Assembly: GCA_965116445.1 (NCBI GenBank)
Contig: OZ220688.1
Location: 2,639,654 to 2,703,653, forward strand
Direction of reading: 5' to 3'
Origin: Thermoanaerobaculia bacterium
GTDB lineage: Bacteria > Acidobacteriota > Thermoanaerobaculia > Multivoradales > Multivoraceae
Length of the DNA: 64,000 bases
In this document: positions 1 to 9,151 of the stretch, piece after piece
Numbering within the stretch: the stretch's first letter is position 1
Layout: every line of letters starts with the position of its first letter
Translations under genes and position numbers: made by a program
Notes under the pieces: model-generated
Seen by the model: the letters and a program-made list of their open reading frames with translations, nothing else
Told to the model about the DNA's origin: nothing
Databases searched by the model: none

Positions 1-619
1 CGGCGCCGAGTTCCCCCGCCATCCGCCGGAGGTTCGTCTCCAGCGCCGGCGCCGCCGCGAGCAGCGCTTCGTTCGCCAGGTAGGTCAAGCGGCGAAACGG
101 CGCGACCTCCCGGAGGCGCCGGATCTCGTCCCTCGGGTCACCGGTGAACGTGATGTACGCGAGGTTCGGCACGCCGCTGACCCGTTCGCCGGCGGCGGTC
201 GTCAGGAGGGGGAAACCCTGTGCCTCCGGGTCGAGCACGAACGCCGCCACAACCGGCTTCGGCAGCTCGCCCCGGCTGATCGCGTGGGTCGAAGAAACCA
301 GCCCCCAGGTCAGCACGATGTCGACCTCCGGGTCCGCGAGCAGGGCTTCGACGGCCGCCCGGGCGCCCTGAAGCGTCCAGTCGGCCACGCGCCGCGCGGC
401 GGCGGGAAAGGCGACCTGGAACCGCGGCGCCGCGAGCGCGGCGATCTCCCTCTCGAAACCGGCCCTCATCCCTTCGTTGCGCTCCCACGGGCCGTCGAAC
501 ACCACGCCGATCACGCAAGGTTCGCAGCTCATCCGCGCCTGCGCCGAGCTTCCGGTCGCCGCCAGCAGAGTGATCGCCAGCAGCGCGCCGGCGGCCCGGC
601 GCGGATTGCCCTTCACCAT
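1..619 (-). CDS. ABC-type transporter periplasmic substrate-binding protein (PF04392-like), 5'-partial within the window; start codon at 617-619
   Basis: Manual reverse-complement translation from ATG at 619: MVKGNPRRAAGALLAITLLAATGSSAQA... gives a signal peptide followed by CEPCVIGVVFDGPWERNEG...VDIVLTWGLVSS, typical of the ABC_sub_bind family. It is not in the ORF track because it runs off the window edge. Confidence 0.5.
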   Translation of the reverse strand, partial: MVKGNPRRAAGALLAITLLAATGSSAQARMSCEPCVIGVVFDGPWERNEGMRAGFEREIAALAAPRFQVAFPAAARRVADWTLQGARAAVEALLADPEVDIVLTWGLVSSTHAISRGELPKPVVAAFVLDPEAQGFPLLTTAAGERVSGVPNLAYITFTGDPRDEIRRLREVAPFRRLTYLANEALLAAAPALETNLRRMAGELGA

Positions 620-680
620 CGCGTCTCCTTCCTCTCGAGGGTTCGTTCGCGTTGCTCGGCGGTTCGCGCCCGCGTGTCCG

Positions 681-1169
681 TCAGGTCGCCCGGCGCTTGG
701 CAACCAGGTTGGTGCGCTGGTAGGTCAGGACCGTTTCGTCGTTCTGGTTGCGGGCCTCCGTCTTCCAGGTGACGATGCCGAACCCGGGTCTCGACCCGGA
801 TTCACGGCAGCTCACTACCGTGCTCCGGCCCGTGATCGTGTCGCCCGGGTAGACCGGCTGGTGGAACGTCACGTCGTTCACGCCGAGGAACGGACCGCCG
901 CCCTCGGACAGGTCTTCGACGGACAGGCCCACCACGGTGCAGAGCACGAGCAGCGGGTCGACGACGACCGAGTCGTGGCCGTGGGCGCGCGCGTACTCGG
1001 CGTTGAAGTAGAGCGGCGTGAACCGCAGCGTGGTGGTGGCGAAGAGCGCGTTGTCCGCCTCGGTGAGGGTGCGGCCCCAGTGGTGCTCGAACACCTGGCC
1101 CTCCTCGAAGTCCTGGTAGCGGTTGCCCTTCGTCTTGAGCGGGAAGGTGGAGAAGTCCGGATCGGGCAT
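681..1169 (-). CDS. MaoC-like (R)-specific enoyl-CoA hydratase / hotdog-fold dehydratase
   Basis: The C-terminal 162 aa of the long minus-strand ORF 681..2918 (MPDPDFSTFPLKTKGNRYQDFEEGQVFEHHWGRT...GFGIVTWKTEARNQNDETVLTY) is a typical MaoC/hotdog sequence. ATG at 1167-1169. The upstream part of that ORF is an antisense artefact over the ACAD gene. Confidence 0.8.
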   Translation of the reverse strand: MPDPDFSTFPLKTKGNRYQDFEEGQVFEHHWGRTLTEADNALFATTTLRFTPLYFNAEYARAHGHDSVVVDPLLVLCTVVGLSVEDLSEGGGPFLGVNDVTFHQPVYPGDTITGRSTVVSCRESGSRPGFGIVTWKTEARNQNDETVLTYQRTNLVAKRRAT

Positions 1170-1301
1170 TGCGGTCAGGAGATCTACCACGCTGTGCGGA
1201 GCAGAGAAGCTCGCCACGTTGCCTTCCGCCGTCCATCCTCCTATGCTGAACGGCCATTGAGGCGCTTCGCCCGAGGAGGACGAACAACCGTGGACGTGGG
1301 A

Positions 1302-2492
1302 ATGAACGACGCCGGGCAGAAGACGGTCGGCTACATGACGCCGGAGCGGGAGATGCTGCGGCAAATCGCGCGGGACTTCACGGAGAAGGAGGTCCTGCCC
1401 GTCGCCAACGAGCTCGACCCGAAGAAGGGGTCGATCCCGCAGTCGCTGATCGACCAGATGGGCGACCTGGGTTTCTTCGGGATCACGATTCCGGAGGAGT
1501 ACGGCGGCGCGGGGCTCGGCTCGTTCGAGTACTGCCTGGTCGCCGAGGAACTGGCGCGGGGCTGGATGAGCGTGGCGAGCCTGATCGCCCGCGGCAACGG
1601 CTTCCATCGCTCCATCCCGTTCGAGGGCGAGGAGCGTCGCAAGCGCATCGAGCTGATGGCGCAGGGCAAGTACCTGGGCGCGCTCGCCATGTCGGAGCCG
1701 GAAGTCGGCTCGGACATCTCGTCGATCACTTGCCGGGCCCGCATCGAGGACGGCCACTGGGTGATCAACGGCAACAAGTACTGGTGCACGTTCGCCGACG
1801 GCGCGAACTTCATTCAGGTCATCGCGCGGACGGAGGCCGATCCGTCGAAACGCCATGCCTCGCTCACCGGCATCGGGATCGAGAAGCCGCCGGGCGAACT
1901 GCCCGCCGGGGTCACCGGTTCGCCCATCCCGAAGATCGGCTACCACGGCTGGAAGACCTGGGAGCTCCACTTCGAGAACGTGCGCGTGCCGATCACGAAG
2001 GCGCAGAAGGAGTCCAGGGGCAGCGCGTTCTACGGGATGACGCGCGGCCTGCAGTCGGCCCGCGCCCACACCGCGGCGCGGTCCATCGGTCTCGCCCAGG
2101 GCGCGCTGGAGCAGGCGATCGCCTACTCGAAGGAGCGCATCCAGTTCCGGCGGCCGATCGCCGACTTCCAGGCGATTCGCTTCAAGATCGCGAACATGGC
2201 GACGGAGGTCGAGGCGGCGCGCCAGTTGAACCGCTCGGTCTGCGCGAAGATCGACACCGGCGTCTCCTGCGCGAAGGAAGCCGCGATGGTCAAGTACTAC
2301 GCAGCCGAGATGTCTGAGCGGGTGTGCTCCGACGCCCTGCAGGTGCTGGCCGGTGCCGGCTACACGACGGACTACCCGGTCGAGCGCTACTGGCGCGACG
2401 CGCGCTTGACGAAGATCTTCGAGGGGACGTCCGAGATCATGCTGAAGATCGTCTCCGACGAACTGCTCGGCAAGCCGTCGAGGAGGAGTTAG
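1302..2492 (+). CDS. acyl-CoA dehydrogenase
   Basis: MNDAGQKTVGYMTPEREMLRQIARDFTEKEVLP...YWCTFADGANF...GTSEIMLKIVSDELLGK shows full ACAD N, middle and C domain hallmarks. The ORF-track start at 477 is an over-extension; ATG at 1302 (GTG at 1296 is an alternative). Confidence 0.9.
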   Translation: MNDAGQKTVGYMTPEREMLRQIARDFTEKEVLPVANELDPKKGSIPQSLIDQMGDLGFFGITIPEEYGGAGLGSFEYCLVAEELARGWMSVASLIARGNGFHRSIPFEGEERRKRIELMAQGKYLGALAMSEPEVGSDISSITCRARIEDGHWVINGNKYWCTFADGANFIQVIARTEADPSKRHASLTGIGIEKPPGELPAGVTGSPIPKIGYHGWKTWELHFENVRVPITKAQKESRGSAFYGMTRGLQSARAHTAARSIGLAQGALEQAIAYSKERIQFRRPIADFQAIRFKIANMATEVEAARQLNRSVCAKIDTGVSCAKEAAMVKYYAAEMSERVCSDALQVLAGAGYTTDYPVERYWRDARLTKIFEGTSEIMLKIVSDELLGKPSRRS

Positions 2493-2514
2493 CGATGCCC
2501 TGGGAGGAAGCACG

Positions 2515-3882
2515 ATGAAACTCGCCAACCATCTCTGGGACCGCTTCGGCGGCCTGACCCTGGACGACATCCCGGCGGAAGCCCGCACCGTCGCCGGCCA
2601 GTGCGTGCTCGACTGGTTCGGCTGCGCGCTGGTAGGCAGCCGTGAGCCGCTTTCCCTGATTCTGCGCGACGAACTGGGCGGCCAGGCCGGGGCGTGCACG
2701 ATCGTCGGCACGGACATGCGCTGCGCCCCCGGGGTCGCCGCGCTCGTGAACGGCGCCGCCGGCCATGCGCTCGACTTCGACGACACGCACACGATGATGG
2801 GCGGCCACCCGACCGTGCCGGTCTTTCCCGCCACCCTGGCGCAGGCCCAGGAGATGGGCGCGAGCGGTGAGCGGCTGCTCGTAGCCTTCATCGTGGGCCT
2901 CGAGGTCGAGTCGCGCATCGGCGCGCTGGTCGGCCCCGCGCCCTACGGCAAGGGCTGGCATTCGACCTCGACGATCGGCGTTCACGGCGCCGCGGCCGCC
3001 ACCTGCCACCTGCTCGGCGCGAACAACGAGCAGTTCGGCCACGCCTTGGGCCTTGCCGCGTCCCAGGCGGGCGGTCTGAAGGCGAACTTCGGCACGATGA
3101 CGAAGCCGTTTCACGCCGGCCACGCAGCCGAGCGGGGGCTGCTCTCGGCCCGGCTTGCGATGCGGGGCTTCACCGCGAACCCGGAAGCCGTCGACGGCCG
3201 GCAAGGCTACGCCGACGCCGCGGCCGCGGGTCGCGAGGAACTGAACTGGCAGCGGCTTGCGGACGTGGGTGACCGCTTCCTGATCCGGGACACGCTGTTC
3301 AAGTACCACGCGGCCTGCTACCTGACCCACGCGGCCATCGAGTCGGTCGGTCGCCTGCGCCCGCAGTTGGCGGCGGCGGGCATCTCGCCGGGCGACGTGG
3401 AGAAGGCGATCGTCACCGTCCATCCGGGCCTGCTCGACATCTGCGGCATCCCCGAACCGAAGACCGGTCTGGAGGCAAAGTTCAGCCTGGTCGCCACGAC
3501 CTCGCTGGCCATGCTGGAGATCGACACGACGGACACCGCGACCTTCGTCGACGAGACCCTGGACCATCCGGAGTTCGCCGGCATGGCCGGCAAGGTGGAC
3601 GTCCGGACCGACCGCGGTCTGGGCCACACCCAGGCCCGGGTCGAACTCGTGGCCAACGGCCACAGCCTGGAGGGATTCCACGACACCGGCGTGCCGGCGT
3701 CCGACCTCGACGAGCAGGGCGCGAAGCTCGCGGCCAAGATGGCCGGCCTCGCGACGCCGCTCGTCGGGCCGGAGGCCAGCAGGCGGCTTCGGGAGCTCTC
3801 GCTGAACCTGGAGTCGGTGGACGACGTGGGCGAGTTGTTCCGCGCCGCCCAGGCATCCACAGAGTCATCCACAGAGGCATGA
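2515..3882 (+). CDS. MmgE/PrpD family protein (2-methylcitrate dehydratase / cis-aconitate decarboxylase-like)
   Basis: 455 aa with MmgE/PrpD N- and C-domain conservation (DWFGCALVG, HALDFDDTH, WHSTSTIGVHGAAAA, FGTMTKPFHAG, LFKYHAACYLTHAAIE). Confidence 0.85.
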   Translation: MKLANHLWDRFGGLTLDDIPAEARTVAGQCVLDWFGCALVGSREPLSLILRDELGGQAGACTIVGTDMRCAPGVAALVNGAAGHALDFDDTHTMMGGHPTVPVFPATLAQAQEMGASGERLLVAFIVGLEVESRIGALVGPAPYGKGWHSTSTIGVHGAAAATCHLLGANNEQFGHALGLAASQAGGLKANFGTMTKPFHAGHAAERGLLSARLAMRGFTANPEAVDGRQGYADAAAAGREELNWQRLADVGDRFLIRDTLFKYHAACYLTHAAIESVGRLRPQLAAAGISPGDVEKAIVTVHPGLLDICGIPEPKTGLEAKFSLVATTSLAMLEIDTTDTATFVDETLDHPEFAGMAGKVDVRTDRGLGHTQARVELVANGHSLEGFHDTGVPASDLDEQGAKLAAKMAGLATPLVGPEASRRLRELSLNLESVDDVGELFRAAQASTESSTEA

Positions 3883-3903
3883 CGAGTAGCCCGGCAGGCG
3901 CTC

Positions 3904-5517
3904 GTGGTTTCCCTTCCGGGCGACGACATGCCAACTGATTTCAGCGAGTTCGACCACTCGTTCCTGCCGAGCATCGATCGGGCCTGCCGGGACTTCCGGG
4001 ACGACGTCTGCGCCGTCTTCGGGAGCGAGAAGTACACCTACGGCGAAGTCGACGAACTCTCGGCGCAGATCGCGAATGCGCTCGCGGCGCGCGGGTTCGT
4101 GCCGGGCATGAAGGGCGCGGTCTACAGCCTGAACTCGGCCGTCGCGTTCATCGCCGCGGTCGGTCTGCTGCGGGCCGGCGGCACCTGGATTCCGGTGAAC
4201 CCGCGGAACTCGCCTCGCGACAACGTGGAGATCCTGATCCAGTTCGGCTGCGAGGCGATCTTCTTTCAGGAAGCCTTCCGCGAGCCCATCGCCGAGGCGG
4301 TCGAGGGGCTCGGCGACCTGCGGGCAACAGTCAGCCTGGACTCCGGGGCGTCCGCGGCCGTGCCGCTTGCCGACTTCATCGTCGGCGCCTCGACCGAGGC
4401 GCCCCCGGTCGAGCGGAAGGGCAGCGACACGCTGACGATCCCGATGACCGGCGGCACGACGGGTCTGCCCAAGGGCGTCATGCTCAGCCACCGCAACCTC
4501 TGCGCGATCGAGTACGCGATCGGTCATGGCTACGGCGACCGCCGGCCGGTCATCCTGTGCGCGGCGCCGATGACCCATGTCGGCGGGCGCATCGCGTTGA
4601 CCTCGATGAGTTCCGGGGCCCGCTTCGTCATCCTCGAGAAGGTCGACCTTCAGGTCGTCCTGCAGACGATCGAGCGGGAACGGATCACGGACTTCTTCCT
4701 GCCGCCGACGGCGATCTACTCGCTGCTCGACCAGCCGAACCTCGGCGACTTCGACCTGTCGAGTCTGGTGGGCCTGAGCTACGGCTCGGCGCCGATGTCG
4801 CTCGACCGGCTCAAGCAGGCGATCCGGCTGCTCGGGCCGATCATGCGCGGCGGCTTCGGTCAAACGGAGTGCCCCATGTTCATCGCGCGGCTGACGTCGG
4901 AGGAGCACTTCGAGGGCGGCGACCCGAGCTCGGGCAAGCTGGCGCCGGACCGCATCCTCCGCAGCGTCGGCCGATCCACCGTGATCTCCGAAGTCGCGAT
5001 CATGGGCGACGACGGGCACCTGCTCGGTCCCGGAGAACTCGGCGAGATCGTCGTCAAGGGGCCGAACGTCTCCGAGGGCTACTACGGCGACCCGGCGGAA
5101 ACGGCGAAGATTCGCCAGAACGGCTGGCATCTGACGAGCGACATCGGCCACCTCGACGAGAACGGCTACCTGACGATCGTCGATCGCAAGAAGGACATGA
5201 TCATCACCGGCGGCTTCAACGTGTACTCGAGCGAGGTCGAGCAGGCCCTGCTCGCGATGCCGGAGGTCGCCCTCGCCGCCGTCGTCGGCATTCCCAGCGA
5301 CCGCTGGGGCGAGGCGGTGCACGCGGTCGTCGTCACCGCGCCGGGCGCCCGGACCTCTGAGGCCGACATCATCGCCGCCGCCAGGGAGCGCCTCGGCGGC
5401 GTCAAGGCGCCGAAGAGCGTCACGTTCGCCGAGAACCTGCCGCGCACCCCGGTCGGCAAGATCGACAAGAAGAAGCTGCGCGAACCGTACTGGGCGGGGC
5501 GTGACCGGCGGGTGTAA
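3904..5517 (+). CDS. AMP-dependent synthetase/ligase (acyl-CoA synthetase family)
   Basis: AMP-binding motif TIPMTGGTTGLPKGVMLSHRNL and the downstream GYGxTE / ITGGFNVYSSEVE motifs; 537 aa. Confidence 0.85.
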   Translation: MVSLPGDDMPTDFSEFDHSFLPSIDRACRDFRDDVCAVFGSEKYTYGEVDELSAQIANALAARGFVPGMKGAVYSLNSAVAFIAAVGLLRAGGTWIPVNPRNSPRDNVEILIQFGCEAIFFQEAFREPIAEAVEGLGDLRATVSLDSGASAAVPLADFIVGASTEAPPVERKGSDTLTIPMTGGTTGLPKGVMLSHRNLCAIEYAIGHGYGDRRPVILCAAPMTHVGGRIALTSMSSGARFVILEKVDLQVVLQTIERERITDFFLPPTAIYSLLDQPNLGDFDLSSLVGLSYGSAPMSLDRLKQAIRLLGPIMRGGFGQTECPMFIARLTSEEHFEGGDPSSGKLAPDRILRSVGRSTVISEVAIMGDDGHLLGPGELGEIVVKGPNVSEGYYGDPAETAKIRQNGWHLTSDIGHLDENGYLTIVDRKKDMIITGGFNVYSSEVEQALLAMPEVALAAVVGIPSDRWGEAVHAVVVTAPGARTSEADIIAAARERLGGVKAPKSVTFAENLPRTPVGKIDKKKLREPYWAGRDRRV

Positions 5518-5610
5518 GCCCGGTCCGGTCGGATTCGGCCGGCATCCGGCGGCGGCGGGTCGCCCGGCGCTCCTTGTGCCGAGCGGGTCGCGCTGTCAGG
5601 ATGACCCGTC

Positions 5611-7227
5611 ATGACGACTGCCGTACCCGTTTGCATCATCGGCGCCGGACCGATCGGGATGACCGGGGCCTTGCTCCTGTCGCGGCTCGGCATCCCCACG
5701 CTCCTCGTGGAACGTCGCAGCGAGCTGAACACGCACCCGCGCTCGCGCTTCGTCGACACGAACACGATGGAGCTGCTCCGGGAGTTCGACCTGGAGAAGC
5801 AGGTCGAGGTGACCGGCCTGGGGCCGGACTGGACGGAGTTCAACCGCTGGTGCAACGGGCTGACGAAGACGGAGTACGCCCGCATCCCGAGCCCGACGTT
5901 CCACACCGTGCCGCGGGACACGAGCCCGTGCCTGCCAGTCATGACGGCCCAGGACCTTGTCGAGAACGAGCTGCTCGCGAAGATCCGGGAGCAGCCGAAC
6001 ATCGACGTGCGCTTCCACACGGAGGCGTCCGACCTCGAGCAGGACGAGGCCGGAACCCGGCTCAGGCTCCACAATCGGGAGACGGGCACGGACGACGTCG
6101 TCGAGGCGGAGTACACGATCGGCGCGGACGGCCCCGGGAGCTCGACGCGGGCGGTCATCGGCACGGAACTCGAAACGGATCCACGCCCCGTCAACTCGCA
6201 GGACGTCATCTTCCACGCGGACTTCTCGAAGTACGTCGAAGGGCGAAAGGGCGCCCTGCTCTACAACACGCCACCGACCGGCGGCATGGTCGTCTTCCAG
6301 CCGCTGAACGGCGTCCGGCGCTGGCGCTGCCAGATCACCGTGCCGACGCCCGAGCTGATCTCCGAGGAGGCGGCGGCGGAGCGAATTCGGCTCGCACTCG
6401 GCACGGAGGACGAGGTCCCGATCGAGATCGTCAGCATGTCCATGTGGCAGCCGACGCCGGGATGCACCACCCGCTTTTCCTCGGGCCGCGTCTTCCTGGC
6501 GGGCGACGCCGCGCACGTCGCGATCCCCACGGGCGGCATGGGCAACAACTCGGGGTTCAGCGGCATTCGCAACCTCGCCTGGAAGCTCGCCTTCGTTCTG
6601 CGCGGCATCTCGCCGCCGGAGATCCTCCTGACCTACGAAGAGGAGCACCGGCCCCTCGCCCAGGACCGCATCGACGCGGGCGTTCGCATCTACGAAGCGA
6701 TGGGCGCGATGATGATGGGGTTCATCAGCGGGCAGGACATCACGGCGGCGATTGAGGCGGCGAGGCTGTACGGGAACTACGACGGCCTCCTGATGGGCTT
6801 CGAGATGAAGTCCGATCTGGTCGCGGTCGACGAGGGCGAGCCGCCGCCCGTCGACGATCCGGTGATCGACTTCGTGCCGGCCGTGCGGTCCGGTCGGCGC
6901 GCTCCGCATGCCTGGCTCGATGGCGACCGGACCCGGTCCGTGCTCGACTGCTTCGGCACGGCCTATGTCGCGCTCCTCGGCGCGGGCGTTGACGCCGCGC
7001 GGTGGGCGGGCCCTGTGGAACGGCTGTCGGCCGGCGGCTTCCCGATCTCCGCGCGGACCCTGCCGCCGCTTGAGGACGACGCCCTTTACGCGAACGACGG
7101 CGTCGTCCTCGTCCGCCCGGACGGGATCATCGCCGACCACTGGCGGGACGCCGACGTCCCCGCCGGCGAGGAGGCGGCCCGCCTGTCCCGTCTGCTGCCC
7201 CGCACCGGCTCGCCGGCGGCGGAGTAG
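5611..7227 (+). CDS. FAD-dependent monooxygenase (aromatic-ring hydroxylase / PheA-TfdB-like)
   Basis: N-terminal Rossmann GxGxxG (VCIIGAGPIGMTGALLLSRLGIPTLLVERR), DG motif (ADGPGSSTR) and GD motif (FLAGDAAHVAIPTGGMGNNSGF). Confidence 0.8.
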   Translation: MTTAVPVCIIGAGPIGMTGALLLSRLGIPTLLVERRSELNTHPRSRFVDTNTMELLREFDLEKQVEVTGLGPDWTEFNRWCNGLTKTEYARIPSPTFHTVPRDTSPCLPVMTAQDLVENELLAKIREQPNIDVRFHTEASDLEQDEAGTRLRLHNRETGTDDVVEAEYTIGADGPGSSTRAVIGTELETDPRPVNSQDVIFHADFSKYVEGRKGALLYNTPPTGGMVVFQPLNGVRRWRCQITVPTPELISEEAAAERIRLALGTEDEVPIEIVSMSMWQPTPGCTTRFSSGRVFLAGDAAHVAIPTGGMGNNSGFSGIRNLAWKLAFVLRGISPPEILLTYEEEHRPLAQDRIDAGVRIYEAMGAMMMGFISGQDITAAIEAARLYGNYDGLLMGFEMKSDLVAVDEGEPPPVDDPVIDFVPAVRSGRRAPHAWLDGDRTRSVLDCFGTAYVALLGAGVDAARWAGPVERLSAGGFPISARTLPPLEDDALYANDGVVLVRPDGIIADHWRDADVPAGEEAARLSRLLPRTGSPAAE

Positions 7228-7251
7228 GCCGCCGGTCTCCCAACGCGAACG

Positions 7252-7860
7252 CTAACGGCGGTCGCCACCCCCGGATGCCGCCTCCTCGCGGGCGAGCTTC
7301 TCCTGGTGCCTTGCCCCGGACAGGATGTTCGGCAATCCGTAGTTCCCCTCGTGGCAGGCGAACTCGAACATCGGCCCCTCGGCGGAGCGCAGCGTGTTCT
7401 CGATCGTCCAGGGCTGCGCGTAGGTGTCCGGATCGATCACGGTCACCGAGTAGTCGATCATCTTCTCGTCGTAGCGGGAGAACCGTTCGACCAGCCGGAG
7501 TCCGTCGGTCGCTCCGAAGAACGGGCTGCGGCCGTTGAAGTGCGACGTCTCCACGACCAGGGTGTCTCCCTCCCAGCGGCCGCGGGAGGCGCCGGTCCAT
7601 TGACGGAGGGTCTCCGGGAGCTGGCCTGTGCCGTCCAGAGGGATGATCCGCGGCGTCAATCCGCTCTCGCTCAGGATCGCCAGGTGGTCGGGGGTCTGAA
7701 AGATACGGTCGCGTTCGTCCACAGACCGCGGAGGTCGGGGTCTCCCCACTCGGTACGCGGCGCCTGCGCCTCGACCGGAACCGCCAGGACCGTCAGGCCG
7801 GCTATGACGAGGGCGAGGGTCAAGGAAACGGTTGAGTGCTTCATGTCGGGTTGCTCCCAT
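7252..7860 (-). CDS. hypothetical secreted protein, apparently frameshifted near the N-terminus
   Basis: A 202-aa ORF with a conserved C-terminus (EGPMFEFACHEGNYGLPNILSGAR). A canonical signal peptide (MKHSTVSLTLALVIAGLTVLAVPVEAQAPRTEWGDPDLRGLWTNAT, ATG at 7842-7844) lies in a different frame and stops at ~7674. The two frames can only be joined by a 1-nt indel around 7690-7745. Confidence 0.45.
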   Translation of the reverse strand: MGATRHEALNRFLDPRPRHSRPDGPGGSGRGAGAAYRVGRPRPPRSVDERDRIFQTPDHLAILSESGLTPRIIPLDGTGQLPETLRQWTGASRGRWEGDTLVVETSHFNGRSPFFGATDGLRLVERFSRYDEKMIDYSVTVIDPDTYAQPWTIENTLRSAEGPMFEFACHEGNYGLPNILSGARHQEKLAREEAASGGGDRR

Positions 7861-7865
7861 AGGGG

Positions 7866-8042
7866 CGCGGCGGTCTCACAGTGCTCTCGTCGTCGTTGCG
7901 GTTTCCCACTGGCTGCGCCGACGTGTCATCCGTGCGTCCGATGACGGACGCACGGACTGTTTCGCGTCTGGCGCGGAGTCGCGCCAGCCGGGTTCCCGTC
8001 GGCATCCGTCGCGGCGGTCTCACGGTGCTCTCCAACGTTGCG
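7866..8042. repeat. Duplicated ~33-nt motif (GCGGCGGTCTCACrGTGCTCTC...GTTGCGG at 7866-7900 and 8010-8042) flanking an 11-bp-stem hairpin (7928-7955)
   Basis: Direct reading of the 480-bp intergenic region between the secreted-protein gene and the LLM gene. Confidence 0.4.
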
Positions 8043-8125
8043 GCGCCCTGGTTCCAAGCGAACCGCCGGTCGACCGATCCACCGGTGCAGACTACAGGCA
8101 AGGCACAAGGGAGTGACGGAGATTC

Positions 8126-8167
8126 GGCGATCTGTCGTTGCCGATCTGTTGCTCCGATCTGTTGCTA
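8126..8167. repeat. Three tandem copies of a CGATCTGTTGC-like 11-13-mer
   Basis: gcgatctgtcgttgc cgatctgttgctc cgatctgttgcta, read directly. Confidence 0.4.
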
Positions 8168-8343
8168 GAGTGCCCACCGCCGAGGCTTCCGGTCGCAAAG
8201 GCCGGACGCGCCCGAAGTTGGACGAAACGGGAGAACGGGTTGAAGATCGTAGACAGGACCGCCATGCGGACCGACGGAAGCTCGGGAACCGGTCGGACAG
8301 GCCGGGTGATCCACGCCGCAGGCGCGGCGAGGCGGACCTGACG

Positions 8344-9120
8344 TTGCGCCTCGGTGTGCTGGTCGGGCAGAGCCCGAATCCCGCGGATCCCGCGGCGTTC
8401 CGCGAGTTCGCGCGGGCGATCGAGGCCGAGGGCTTCGATTCGATCTGGGCGCCGCAGATGATCGGCCGCGGCATGATGGCGCTCGACCCGCTCGCCGCGA
8501 TGACCGCCGCCGCGACGGCGACCGACCGGGTCGAGGTGGGGACGGCGATCCTCCAGCTTCCGCTCTACCACCCGGTCGATCTGCTCCATCGCGTCCTGTC
8601 GCTCAGGCAGCTTGCGGGAGATCGCCTGACCCTGGGCGTCGGCCCCGGGTCCACCGCCGCCGACTTCGAGGCCTTCGGCCGCGACCACGCGACCCGCTTC
8701 AAGGTGTTTGGCGCGACCCTGGCCACCTTGCGCGAGGGTCTCGCGACAGGGGGTGTCGGCGAGGTCGACCTGACGCCGCCGCCGGCGATCCTCGGCGGGC
8801 AGCGGCTGATCTACGGCACCTGGGGCAAGGGCGTGGAACGGGCGGCCCGGGAGTTCGACGGCTGGGTCGCCTCCGCCTTCCACCGGACGGACGACGAAGT
8901 GATCGACGCTCTGCCGCGGTACCGCGCGGCCGGCGGCGAGCGGGCGATCGTCTCCAGCATCGTGTTTCCGCCGGGCGCAGACCCGGGTGAACTCGGAGGC
9001 CGGCTCGAGCGCTTCGCCGAGGCGGGCTTCGACGACGCGGTGGTCGTCGTGGTCGCCGGTCCACCGGCGCTGGCCGCTGTGCGCGCCGCTCTGCCGGTCG
9101 GAGATGGCGCGTCGGACTAG
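8344..9120 (+). CDS. LLM-class flavin-dependent oxidoreductase (luciferase-like monooxygenase)
   Basis: LRLGVLVGQSPNP...AEGFDSIWAPQMIGRGMMALDPLAAMTAAAT...RLTLGVGPGS is a typical F420/FMN LLM fold. The ORF-track start at 8038 adds an Arg-rich, junk-like 100 aa. An in-frame TTG at 8344 gives MRLGVLV...; the true start is uncertain. Confidence 0.7.
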   Translation: MRLGVLVGQSPNPADPAAFREFARAIEAEGFDSIWAPQMIGRGMMALDPLAAMTAAATATDRVEVGTAILQLPLYHPVDLLHRVLSLRQLAGDRLTLGVGPGSTAADFEAFGRDHATRFKVFGATLATLREGLATGGVGEVDLTPPPAILGGQRLIYGTWGKGVERAAREFDGWVASAFHRTDDEVIDALPRYRAAGGERAIVSSIVFPPGADPGELGGRLERFAEAGFDDAVVVVVAGPPALAAVRAALPVGDGASD

Positions 9121-9151
9121 CGACCGCCGATTCCTGAGGAGAACCTGAACC

